Assembly (NCBI GenBank): GCA_963713865.1
Contig: OY970208.1
Coordinates: 864,001-928,000 of the forward strand
Source: an uncultured candidate division Zixibacteria bacterium
Lineage (GTDB): Bacteria; Zixibacteria; MSB-5A5; RBG-16-43-9
Length of the DNA: 64,000 bases
Direction: 5' to 3'
Shown: piece after piece, positions 52,021 through 61,037 of the stretch
Layout of the letters: each line of letters starts with the position of its first letter
Numbering within the stretch: position 1 is the first letter of the stretch
The notes under the pieces: generated by a model
The model's input: only the letters and a program-made list of their open reading frames with translations
Databases searched by the model: none
Told to the model about the DNA's origin: nothing
Translations under genes and position numbers: made by a program

Positions 52021-52154
52021 ATCTGCACCTTTGTAAAACCTTTAGGTCTATAAAAATTCTCTTTTGCGGGGCTGGGAGCCCCGCCTACAAGTTATAATCC
52101 ACTAATCCCTCGTAGGGCGAGCACCCTTGCCCGCCAAATCGATTTAAAAATTTT

Positions 52155-53300
52155 TCATCTCTTAGACGGCTCCCAGATTATCTCCCTTTTCCCCAGGATA
52201 AATTTTGTCCAGGCTAAAAGTAAGGCAAGATTCACCAGATAAAAATAAAAAACAGATTCAATCATAGAAAAAAACCCTGTAAGCTTTTTGTTCGCCAGAA
52301 AGAATAAATACACCAGAGCGATAAAGATTGAAAAAATCTCGATTAAAAGAGTCAGTTTAAAAATAAAATGCTGCAGTAAAAACAGATTACAAAGTACCAG
52401 AAGTAAATATAAGAAAGGGGTAAGCCATCTCAAAAGTTTATGGCTTAAAAGCTCCAGGCTGAAAAGACCATATTCAAAAGGATTTAATAAGGACAGCTCA
52501 GAGAAGAAAACCTCCAGCCCGCCTAAAGCGGTTCTCTTTCTTCTTTTAAACTCCTCCTTGAAGTTTGCCACTCTGGTTACATATGCGATCCCTTCTGGCT
52601 CAGATATTACCCTTTTCCCTTTCTTTACGACCTGAAGCGTGAGGTAAAAGTCATCAATCAAATCATTGGGAATCTGGTTCACAAGCTCCCTTCTTATGGC
52701 GTAGAGACATCCACTCACACCAGTTAAATTACAAATTATACTTTCCAGCCTTCTCAACTTCATCTCCATACCTACATAGACCCCTTCACCAGATTCACCC
52801 TTTTCCTGAAGAGCAGAAATGCTCCGGTCCTCTCCACTTACACATCCTACAAGTGTATCTGCGAAATTTTTAACTATCTTTACTAACGAATCCTTACTTA
52901 AAAGGGTGGAGGTATCAGTGAAGAAAACAAGCTCACTTTGTAATTCTCTTAAAGCCATATTTAAAGCTCTGGTCTTTCCGCTTCTTTTTTCAAGACGAAG
53001 AAGTTTTACTCCTTTATGTTCGTATGAGGAGACTATCTCCTCTGTTTTATCAGTAGAGCAGTCAGAGATAACCATAATCTCAAGCTTGTTTTTAGGATAA
53101 AAAAGGCTCAGACAGTTCTCTAATTTATCTTTGATTTGTTTCTCTCCATTATAGACTGGAATAAGAAGGGTAGCAGTAGGAACATCTTCTCCTTTTATAA
53201 CTGGATTAGATTTAAAAAAAGATACGACTCTCAAGAACAGAAAATATCCTGAAAAGGTATAGGATAGTAGCAACACCAGGATTATGAATAAAATAATCAT
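52155..53300 (-). CDS. GT2 glycosyltransferase
   Basis: IPVYN, SDCSTD, GK..ALN, FTD, DDF; C-terminal TMs. Confidence 0.92.
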   Translation of the reverse strand: MIILFIILVLLLSYTFSGYFLFLRVVSFFKSNPVIKGEDVPTATLLIPVYNGEKQIKDKLENCLSLFYPKNKLEIMVISDCSTDKTEEIVSSYEHKGVKLLRLEKRSGKTRALNMALRELQSELVFFTDTSTLLSKDSLVKIVKNFADTLVGCVSGEDRSISALQEKGESGEGVYVGMEMKLRRLESIICNLTGVSGCLYAIRRELVNQIPNDLIDDFYLTLQVVKKGKRVISEPEGIAYVTRVANFKEEFKRRKRTALGGLEVFFSELSLLNPFEYGLFSLELLSHKLLRWLTPFLYLLLVLCNLFLLQHFIFKLTLLIEIFSIFIALVYLFFLANKKLTGFFSMIESVFYFYLVNLALLLAWTKFILGKREIIWEPSKR

Positions 53301-54415
53301 CTCAGGACCTTAGAATAAAGCTCCTCATAGTTTTTTATCATTACCTCTAAGGAGAATTTTTCTTTTGCCCTCTTCCTGCCTTCATCACCCATCTTTAATC
53401 TTAAATCTTCATTTTTTAAAAGAAAGATTGTCTTTTCAGCTAATTTCTCTGGCTCAGCCGGAGGAACCAGAAATCCGGTTTTTCCTTCAAGGACAAGTTC
53501 CGGATTTCCACCTACTCGGGTAGCAATAACCGGCTTGCCTGAAGCCATAGCTTCTAAAAGAGAGATAGAACAGCCTTCAGAATGAGAGGATAAGATGAAA
53601 ATATCCATAAGGCCTAAAAGCAAGTTCACATCCTCTCTATGTCCTAAGAATAAGACCCTGTTTTCGAGACCCAGTTCTGCACAAAGTTTAACCAGGCTGG
53701 ATTTCAACTCCCCTTCGCCTACAATCAATAGTTTAGCTTGAGGGGAAAAAGATGCGACTTTATGAAAGGATAAAATCAACGTATGATGGTCTTTAACCTC
53801 TCTCAAATTCCCCACATTCCCTAATATAAGCTCCTTTTCTCTCAGGTTTAACTCTTTCTTTAAAGGTTCTAAATCCATTTTGTTTTTAAATTTGTGAGTA
53901 TCAATCCCGTTATAAATCAACTTAACTTTTTGAGGGGAAAGTTTAAGCTTTTCTCTTAGCAGGTCCTGGATATCTTTTGAAACTACCACGATTTTTTTAA
54001 TCTGGCTGATGAAAACCTTGTAAGATAACCTCCTGGACCATTTCTCGAAGATATAGTAGCGATTATGGATCGTGGAAATCATTGGAATACCCAGTATTTT
54101 AGAAGCCCAGTACCCATAGAAATCAGTTCCCCAGGTATGGGAATGGATTAAGTCTATCCGATTCTGTTTTATAAGCTGAGTAATATTTTTCAAAAATTTA
54201 TAATCATAAATCTGAGTGCTCTCTTTAAACCAGAGGAATTTGATATTCCTTTTTCTTAATTCTGAGGTAAGTTCACCTTCTCTGAACACCCCCACATAGG
54301 ACTTGAATTTGTCCGGGTTGATAAAATCTGCCAGGTTTATAAACATCTGTTCAGCCCCACCTATGAAGCTGGTGTTGTGCAGATGAAGGATTTTTCTAAC
54401 CTTGCTCATACTCAA
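53297..54415 (-). CDS. GT4 glycosyltransferase
   Basis: GGAE, IYNGID, EG.SISLLEAMA.GKPV, GGNPE. Confidence 0.92.
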   Translation of the reverse strand: MSMSKVRKILHLHNTSFIGGAEQMFINLADFINPDKFKSYVGVFREGELTSELRKRNIKFLWFKESTQIYDYKFLKNITQLIKQNRIDLIHSHTWGTDFYGYWASKILGIPMISTIHNRYYIFEKWSRRLSYKVFISQIKKIVVVSKDIQDLLREKLKLSPQKVKLIYNGIDTHKFKNKMDLEPLKKELNLREKELILGNVGNLREVKDHHTLILSFHKVASFSPQAKLLIVGEGELKSSLVKLCAELGLENRVLFLGHREDVNLLLGLMDIFILSSHSEGCSISLLEAMASGKPVIATRVGGNPELVLEGKTGFLVPPAEPEKLAEKTIFLLKNEDLRLKMGDEGRKRAKEKFSLEVMIKNYEELYSKVLR

Positions 54416-55533
54416 TCTAAAATCTCTTTATAAAGTTCAACTATACTTTTAACCCTCTTCTCTAAGGAAAAATTCTCCAGGACGAATTTTCGGGCACTCT
54501 CTATTAAAGCTCCTCTCATATTCTCATCGGTTAAAAGCATCATTATCGTCTGAGCTAAAGAAATTGGATCTTCAGGCGGGACTAATATCCCTGTATTTTT
54601 ATCCATTATCACCTCAGGCATTCCACCCACCTCTGTTCCTATAACCGGCTTTTTAAAAAACATCCCCTCTAAAGCTACAACTGGCATCCCCTCTGAAAGA
54701 GAAGGGAGGACAATCAGGTCTAACGATTTATAAATTGAGGTTATGTCCTTCTGGTAACCGGTGAAGATGACTTTGTAATTCAGTTTTTTCAAAGTACAAT
54801 ATTCCCTTAATTTTTTCTCATCCGGCCCCTCTCCTACAATCAAAGCAGTTACCTGAGGGAAATTTTTTATAACCTCGGAAAATGCCTGAAGAAAATAGAT
54901 CTGCCCCTTTTCCGGGCTTAACCTTCCAATGACTCCTAAGAGCTTGTCTCCCTCAGGAACCTTGAATTCCCTTCTAACTTCTAAAGGAGGGTTTTCTTCA
55001 AGCATACCCTTTTCATAGACCGCATTGTAAATAACTTTAATCTTTCTCTCTGGAATCCCCAGAGGATTTAGTTTAGAGGCTAATTCTTTTGAAACCGCCA
55101 CTACCCTATCTGGAAAATTAAGCAGGAATTTATCCAGCCGATTATAAACCCTGATCTTCCAGTCCTCATCCGTCCAGCCATGCACATATGCAATCCATGG
55201 TTTATCTATAAACCTTTTCAAGACGAAAGCAATAAAATTAGCTTTATGTCCATGAGTTTCCAGAATATCAGCTTTATGTTCTCTCAAAAGGGAGGAGAAT
55301 TGAACAATCGGTGCTGGATCATATCGGAAACGATGTCTGACACTCAGGACTTTTATCTTCCTTTTACTGGCTTCTTCGATGAACGGGGTAGTCTCTTTTT
55401 TGCCTACGGTAAATCCTACTAAAATCGGTTCACACCCATAGTCCGGGGCGATCTCACAAAAATCAAAGAGCAGTTTCCCTGGTCCTCCTATTCGATAGGT
55501 GGCAATTAGAATTATAACCTTTATCCTTTTCAT
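54412..55533 (-). CDS. GT4 glycosyltransferase
   Basis: GRLSPEKG, PSLSEGMP..ALEGM. Confidence 0.92.
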   Translation of the reverse strand: MKRIKVIILIATYRIGGPGKLLFDFCEIAPDYGCEPILVGFTVGKKETTPFIEEASKRKIKVLSVRHRFRYDPAPIVQFSSLLREHKADILETHGHKANFIAFVLKRFIDKPWIAYVHGWTDEDWKIRVYNRLDKFLLNFPDRVVAVSKELASKLNPLGIPERKIKVIYNAVYEKGMLEENPPLEVRREFKVPEGDKLLGVIGRLSPEKGQIYFLQAFSEVIKNFPQVTALIVGEGPDEKKLREYCTLKKLNYKVIFTGYQKDITSIYKSLDLIVLPSLSEGMPVVALEGMFFKKPVIGTEVGGMPEVIMDKNTGILVPPEDPISLAQTIMMLLTDENMRGALIESARKFVLENFSLEKRVKSIVELYKEILD

Positions 55534-55566
55534 ATTAAAATTTCAAACATTATTAAAAGCCTGCTT

Positions 55567-56754
55567 TTATTGTTTGATTGTTCTCAGGTATATTTCCTCT
55601 AATTTCCAAGTTATCTTCTCCCAATCATATTTTTCCTGAACCAATCCTCTTCCCTTCTGGCTTAATTTCTTACTTAAATCGGGATCGGTTAGAACCTCCA
55701 CCACTGAGTCAGCAAAAGACTCTGGAGTATCGGCAATTAATATTTCTTCTCCAGAATGAACCTCAATACCTTCACATCCCAATGATGTCGAAACAACCGG
55801 TTTCCCCATAGCAAAAGCTTCCAGTATTTTTATCCTGGTTCCTCCCCCATAGCGAAGTGGAACTACCATGACCGCACAGCCTGACAATACCTTCCTTATA
55901 TCCTCCACGTAACCTTTTAGTATCACATTCCTGGATTTTAAAGAATTTCTTAAATTTTCCGGTAAGTCCTTTCCTACAACTACGAATTTTGCTTCGGGTA
56001 TTTTTTCGATTAGCCGTGGCCAGATCTTCTCCATAAAATAAACCAGCGCATCCACATTGGGCCTGTAATCCAATTTCCCTAAAAATAAAAGGGTTGAAGG
56101 GTCTGCTTCAACTCCTGCTGGTGTGAAATAGGATAAGTTCACACCATTGGGAATTACCTCCATAATTTTCGGTTGGGCAAAAAGTTGAAAGGTTTTCAAA
56201 TCTTTTTCTGAAACGGCAAGACAGATATCGAATTTCTTAGAATTTGTGACCTCATACTTTTTGAGCTTTCCGGCAGTTAAAGAGGCGTAATATTTTTTAA
56301 AGACGTTCTTTTCTATTTCTGAAAACCTTTCAAGATACTCTGATTCCACATTATGCATATCCAGTATCTTCAGACCTGAACAATCCCAAGGTAGATACTG
56401 AGACATATGAATATCTTCTACCTGAATAACATCATACTTTCTTGAGCTTATAATCTCCTTAGCTTTTTTCTCCATCTTTCTGGACCGGTAATTCCAGATG
56501 CTAAAGGGGATGCGGGTGAACATTCCCTTTACCAGGTCAAGAGGATTATAGGATGAGGACCTTTTAAGAGGATAAATTTCAGAACAATGCTTTGTAAGCT
56601 CAGAAAAGTTTGCTAGATTATCCTTCTCGGTATAAAAAGAAAGCAACGTAATTCGGTGTCTTTCAGATAGAAACCGGATGAAATTAAAGACCCTTATATT
56701 CCAGCCAGAATCAGGGGGGAAGGGGAATTGGCTGGTAATGAAAAGGATTTTCAT
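55567..56754 (-). CDS. GT4 glycosyltransferase (type often exosortase/EpsH-associated)
   Basis: PFPPDSG, DMHNVE, PNVDA, GGGTRIKILEA, GCEG. Confidence 0.88.
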   Translation of the reverse strand: MKILFITSQFPFPPDSGWNIRVFNFIRFLSERHRITLLSFYTEKDNLANFSELTKHCSEIYPLKRSSSYNPLDLVKGMFTRIPFSIWNYRSRKMEKKAKEIISSRKYDVIQVEDIHMSQYLPWDCSGLKILDMHNVESEYLERFSEIEKNVFKKYYASLTAGKLKKYEVTNSKKFDICLAVSEKDLKTFQLFAQPKIMEVIPNGVNLSYFTPAGVEADPSTLLFLGKLDYRPNVDALVYFMEKIWPRLIEKIPEAKFVVVGKDLPENLRNSLKSRNVILKGYVEDIRKVLSGCAVMVVPLRYGGGTRIKILEAFAMGKPVVSTSLGCEGIEVHSGEEILIADTPESFADSVVEVLTDPDLSKKLSQKGRGLVQEKYDWEKITWKLEEIYLRTIKQ

Positions 56755-56763
56755 AAAAAACCT

Positions 56764-57234
56764 TTAGCCAAGTTTATTTTTATCCTTAATTTTGACTGCC
56801 GGCACACCTCCCACTACCGTATAAGGTTCAACATCTTTGGTTACTACAGATCCAGCCGCCACCACTGCTTCCTCTCCAATCACCACGCCTGGCAGAATCA
56901 AGGAGCAAGCTCCTAAGAAAGCTTTTCTTTTTATATGCACCGGGGCAACGATTCCCCTAATGGCATCATGGGCTACGATAGTTACTCGAAAAGATATGCA
57001 GACACCATCCTCTATAGTTATCAATTCAGGGTATTCGTCATCTAATAGACAATCCCTTCCTATATAGATCTCAGATCTCCCTAATTTCACACCCATTAAC
57101 CTGTAACAAGAATTCCTGAGCTGATAACTTAAAACCTGAGGAGTGATTAACGAAAGAAACTTACCGAAAAGACGAGAGGAAAATCTTAATCGCTTTTTTC
57201 TTTTATATTCCTTCATATCCATAGGTTTTAACAT
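56764..57234 (-). CDS. Hexapeptide-repeat acyltransferase
   Basis: ILPGVVIGEEAVVAAGSVVTKDV, VGGVPA. Confidence 0.9.
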   Translation of the reverse strand: MLKPMDMKEYKRKKRLRFSSRLFGKFLSLITPQVLSYQLRNSCYRLMGVKLGRSEIYIGRDCLLDDEYPELITIEDGVCISFRVTIVAHDAIRGIVAPVHIKRKAFLGACSLILPGVVIGEEAVVAAGSVVTKDVEPYTVVGGVPAVKIKDKNKLG

Positions 57235-57237
57235 AAG

Positions 57238-58422
57238 TTATTTTCCTCCCTCTCTCATAGCTTTTATTATCTCGGTTAAGTTATTTTTTGAAAGAAATTG
57301 GTGAGTGGGTAAAGTCAACAGTATTCTCTCTACTGAATTACTATTCAAAAGGTCTGAAGAGCCAGGCACAAGATAACTCTCTATTCCCGATATTTTTTCC
57401 AGAGAAGTTGGATACATTTTGGAGACCCCTAAATTTTTTCTTCTCAAAGACTGAAAAGCTTTCTCCCTTTCAATGCTATCTTTAAATAATATCGGCAGAC
57501 GCAGGTAGATTGAATAAGCATCTTTGGAAGTAGGCAGAAGCGATATTCTGTCAAAATCTTTCAAAGCGGAAATCAAATATTGAGCATTCTTTATCCTGAT
57601 CTGATTGATCTCATCTAACCTTTTTAAAAGAAACGAGCCAAGCTTTGCCTGGTATTCAGAAAGTGAAAAAAGATCAAATTCTAATGAAAATTTTGATTCG
57701 CCCAACTCCAGAGCCGGGATTTTCTCCGGAATCCAGAAAAGATAAGGGTTAAGGAAGATTTTATAGAAAAGCGTTTTCAAGAAAAATTCTATACTGTTTC
57801 CTTTTTTAAGATGTATGATCTCTTCCTGGAGCAAAAAAGATATTTCCTTATTCTGACTCAGGATAACCCCTCCTTCAATCGTGGTGATATTCTTGCCCCG
57901 GCCCAGGCTAAAAAAACCTACATCCCCCAAAGTGCCTAAATAATTATTTCCAAATCTGGCTCCCATCCCTTGAGCTACATCCTCTATCACAAAAACAGAC
58001 TTTTCCCTGCAAAGCTTGATTATCTCGGAAATATCGTGAGCTAATCCGAAATGATAAACCGGTAAAACTGCCAGGGTATTTTTATTAATAAGCTTTGAAA
58101 GTTTTTGCACATCAAGGTCTAATGTTTCCAGGGAGATGTCACATAGACAAATCTTTAACCCAGCTTTAGCTATGGCGGATGGAACAGAGAAACAAGTATA
58201 AGCCGGGATTATCACCTCATCTTTATCCCTCATTTTTTTCAGGACTTTTAAAATTAAAGTTAAAACCGCCCTCCCAGAAGAGACCAGGAAACATTCCTTT
58301 ACCTTAAAATATTCACCAAGCTCTTTTCTGAATCTCTCACTGGATTGATCCTTAGATAAAAAGCTTGAGAAAATCTCATTGAATCTGATTTTTGTACCTG
58401 CAGGTGGAATCGATTTGAACAT
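57238..58422 (-). CDS. DegT/DnrJ/EryC1/StrS family PLP aminotransferase
   Basis: SSGR, IPAYTC, IEDVAQ, FSLGRGK, LTLPTH. Confidence 0.88.
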   Translation of the reverse strand: MFKSIPPAGTKIRFNEIFSSFLSKDQSSERFRKELGEYFKVKECFLVSSGRAVLTLILKVLKKMRDKDEVIIPAYTCFSVPSAIAKAGLKICLCDISLETLDLDVQKLSKLINKNTLAVLPVYHFGLAHDISEIIKLCREKSVFVIEDVAQGMGARFGNNYLGTLGDVGFFSLGRGKNITTIEGGVILSQNKEISFLLQEEIIHLKKGNSIEFFLKTLFYKIFLNPYLFWIPEKIPALELGESKFSLEFDLFSLSEYQAKLGSFLLKRLDEINQIRIKNAQYLISALKDFDRISLLPTSKDAYSIYLRLPILFKDSIEREKAFQSLRRKNLGVSKMYPTSLEKISGIESYLVPGSSDLLNSNSVERILLTLPTHQFLSKNNLTEIIKAMREGGK

Positions 58423-58428
58423 AAGCTC

Positions 58429-59466
58429 TCAGGGTAGGTTTCTGACGATTCTGGGTCCCAAAAAGTTAGCCCAGGCTAAAGGTAGCTTTTTCCAGAGCTT
58501 TATCCCCAAACTAAACTTCGGACTTTCTGGATTAAGTTCGGGCAGATCTTTTACTTTATTCAGATAATATTGCCAGAAAAGCTGGGTCGGCTCTTTAACC
58601 CATTGTTTTTTAAAGTTAAAAGTTCCTGAATTCCAGCTCGATCTTCCGAAATTGAATTTTTTGAACCCTTTTAAACAACCTCGTTTGATTATCTCCCAGT
58701 AAAGGATATTATTCGGGCAATAGCTTAAAAATGAGATTAAAGAAGAAGCAGAAGGAACGGTTAACATATCTTTGAAATATAAAATTAAAGCACCTCCAAT
58801 TACTTTATTCTCCAATTTCACCAGGGCTATCTCACTTTTATCCGGGAAATAAGTTAAGATGTTTTTAAACAGCTCTTTGGTCCAGACCGGGGTTCCCAGA
58901 TCCCGCATATTTAAAGAGAAGACGGAGTAAAATTGATCCAGGTTTTCTTCTCTGCCAAAAATAACTTCAAGGTTTGATTTCTGAGCCTTTCTAACCTGAT
59001 TCCGTGCCTTAGAATCTATTTTTTTCCATACTTTCTCTGGATCAGGTTCAAGCTCTAATATAAAAGTAACCTTTGAGGTTTTGGTAATTAATCTTTTATC
59101 CTCAAAATTCACACTTCTGAGCTCTAAGAACTTACACTTTTTACGTTGAGCAATCTCAACAGCTTTATCGATGAGCTTCTTCTGGATCTCAATTGAATCA
59201 GCATGGACTCCTCCATAATCCAACCAGGGTAAGGAAACTGAAAACTTTCCAAAAAGTAGGCTGGAATAATATAATAAAGGCAAAATACCCACTATCCGGT
59301 CTTCATCCACTGCTATAAGATAAACAGGCTTCTGATTGAAACTTTTCTCCAGGATGGTTTTCCATTCGATTTGATGGGCAAAAGAAGTTGAACTATTTTT
59401 CTCTACGTAGTTTTTCCATTCGCCTTCAAATTTTTCAGCGTATTCAATAATCTCCATAACCTTCAT
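58429..59466 (-). CDS. FemAB-like GNAT protein (type associated with XrtA/PEP-CTERM loci)
   Basis: SLPWLDYGG, RNQVRKA, NMRDLGTP, FNFGRS, FKKQW, LNP..PKF, W.KLP..AN.LGP. Confidence 0.85.
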   Translation of the reverse strand: MKVMEIIEYAEKFEGEWKNYVEKNSSTSFAHQIEWKTILEKSFNQKPVYLIAVDEDRIVGILPLLYYSSLLFGKFSVSLPWLDYGGVHADSIEIQKKLIDKAVEIAQRKKCKFLELRSVNFEDKRLITKTSKVTFILELEPDPEKVWKKIDSKARNQVRKAQKSNLEVIFGREENLDQFYSVFSLNMRDLGTPVWTKELFKNILTYFPDKSEIALVKLENKVIGGALILYFKDMLTVPSASSLISFLSYCPNNILYWEIIKRGCLKGFKKFNFGRSSWNSGTFNFKKQWVKEPTQLFWQYYLNKVKDLPELNPESPKFSLGIKLWKKLPLAWANFLGPRIVRNLP

Positions 59467-59490
59467 CTTTCCTTCTACTTTTTTCTATGG

Positions 59491-60870
59491 TCAAGTAACT
59501 TCTGTTTTTTTAAAAGTCTTAACCAATACTACGATCCCTAAAAGAAGATAGAGATGGGGATAATATCCCACTGAGAGAAAGAAACTTCCAACTGCATAAG
59601 CTAAAAGAGCCCCTTTTAAACCAAAAGAGATGGATTTAAGATAATTTTCCTCTCTGGTGTTTTTTATTAAAAGGGTTGCTTGCCTGAAAATATAGAATAT
59701 CAAGCCTAAATAAAATAATATCCCCAAAATCCCTGTCTCTGCAGCAATCTGGATATAGGTATTATGAGGAGCAAACCAGGGCCCGCTCTGCCCTCCAAAT
59801 TTCACTCCATAAGCCACCTCATAAGCTCCTGTTCCTACACCCCATAAGGGTCGGTCAGTAAACATTTTGATCCCAACTTTCCAAGCATGAATCCTTCCCA
59901 TGGATGATTCATCCTGCTGGTATGAGGTTATGGTCATCTGTCTTTCCCAGTATTCCCGGGGAGCGAAGAAAAAGATTGATATGAAGACAAGAACGATGGA
60001 GAAGATACCAACTAACTTCTGTTTACTTTTGAGGATGAAATAGAAAAAGACAATAAATAAAGTTATAAACCCTCCCCGGGAGGCAGTGGAGATAACCCCT
60101 AAGGTGAAAAGGAGTAAGAAAAGAAGGTAGAACAACTTTAAGATTTTCTTTTTCTCAGCTAAAAGTTGATAAAAGGTGAAAGGAAGAGCAACATTCAAAG
60201 CTAAGGCAAAATCATTTGCATCCCCCAGGAATCCTTCACCTCCACCCCCGATTCTGGTTGATACCGCAGTTGATCCCAGGAGTATAAAATCCTTAATGGC
60301 GTTAAAGGCTAAAAAGCTATTAACAATTAAGAAAACCCAGAGGAAACTCTTCAATTTTTTCTGGGAGTCAATTAAATGGATAAAAAGGATGGTGAACACC
60401 AAAATCTTTAGCATATCCACAAAGGTGTTAAAAGACCTGGTAGGCCAGAAGCTGAAAGGGATGGAAAAAGCCAGCATCAAAAAGAACAGATATAGAAGGA
60501 TAAGACCTTTTTCCTGCAAGTAGAGTTTAGATTTGGTAATTGCTGAGCGGATAGCCCAGACTACAATCAGGGCAATTGCCAATAGTCTGGTTAAATGCAG
60601 ATTCCCTAAGGCAGGGACAGTCTCCTCAAAACGCAAATAGCTCAAGATTAAATAGACCAAAACCCCTAAATAAGGGTAGAACAAAAAGGTCAGACCTATA
60701 ATCACCACTATAGCTAAGGCTGGCACGATCTCCGGTCTGGGAGAGATTAGAAGCAAATAGCCAGCGATAATAGATATAAGGATCAGCAGAAAATACCAGA
60801 GCTTTTCAGAGGTAATCCAGGAAAAGGTTTCACCCCTTTTAGAGAAGACTTTACCTTTAGACTGTTCCAT
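59491..60870 (-). CDS. O-antigen ligase-like membrane protein
   Basis: D.NDFAL, SRGG, S.MGR..AW, P.WGVG.G, HNTY.Q.AAETG. Confidence 0.9.
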   Translation of the reverse strand: MEQSKGKVFSKRGETFSWITSEKLWYFLLILISIIAGYLLLISPRPEIVPALAIVVIIGLTFLFYPYLGVLVYLILSYLRFEETVPALGNLHLTRLLAIALIVVWAIRSAITKSKLYLQEKGLILLYLFFLMLAFSIPFSFWPTRSFNTFVDMLKILVFTILFIHLIDSQKKLKSFLWVFLIVNSFLAFNAIKDFILLGSTAVSTRIGGGGEGFLGDANDFALALNVALPFTFYQLLAEKKKILKLFYLLFLLLFTLGVISTASRGGFITLFIVFFYFILKSKQKLVGIFSIVLVFISIFFFAPREYWERQMTITSYQQDESSMGRIHAWKVGIKMFTDRPLWGVGTGAYEVAYGVKFGGQSGPWFAPHNTYIQIAAETGILGILFYLGLIFYIFRQATLLIKNTREENYLKSISFGLKGALLAYAVGSFFLSVGYYPHLYLLLGIVVLVKTFKKTEVT

Positions 60871-61037
60871 ATTTATAAGATAGTAATTTTTTAAACAGAT
60901 AAAATAGATTTTTTAGGTATTATCCTATTTTAATTAAATCGATAATTTAGGGTAAAAATTTTTGTACAAGAAGAAATATGGAGGGTATGGTCCGAGACGA
61001 AGCTGCATCCATAGGATGCCTTCCATAGATAATAAAG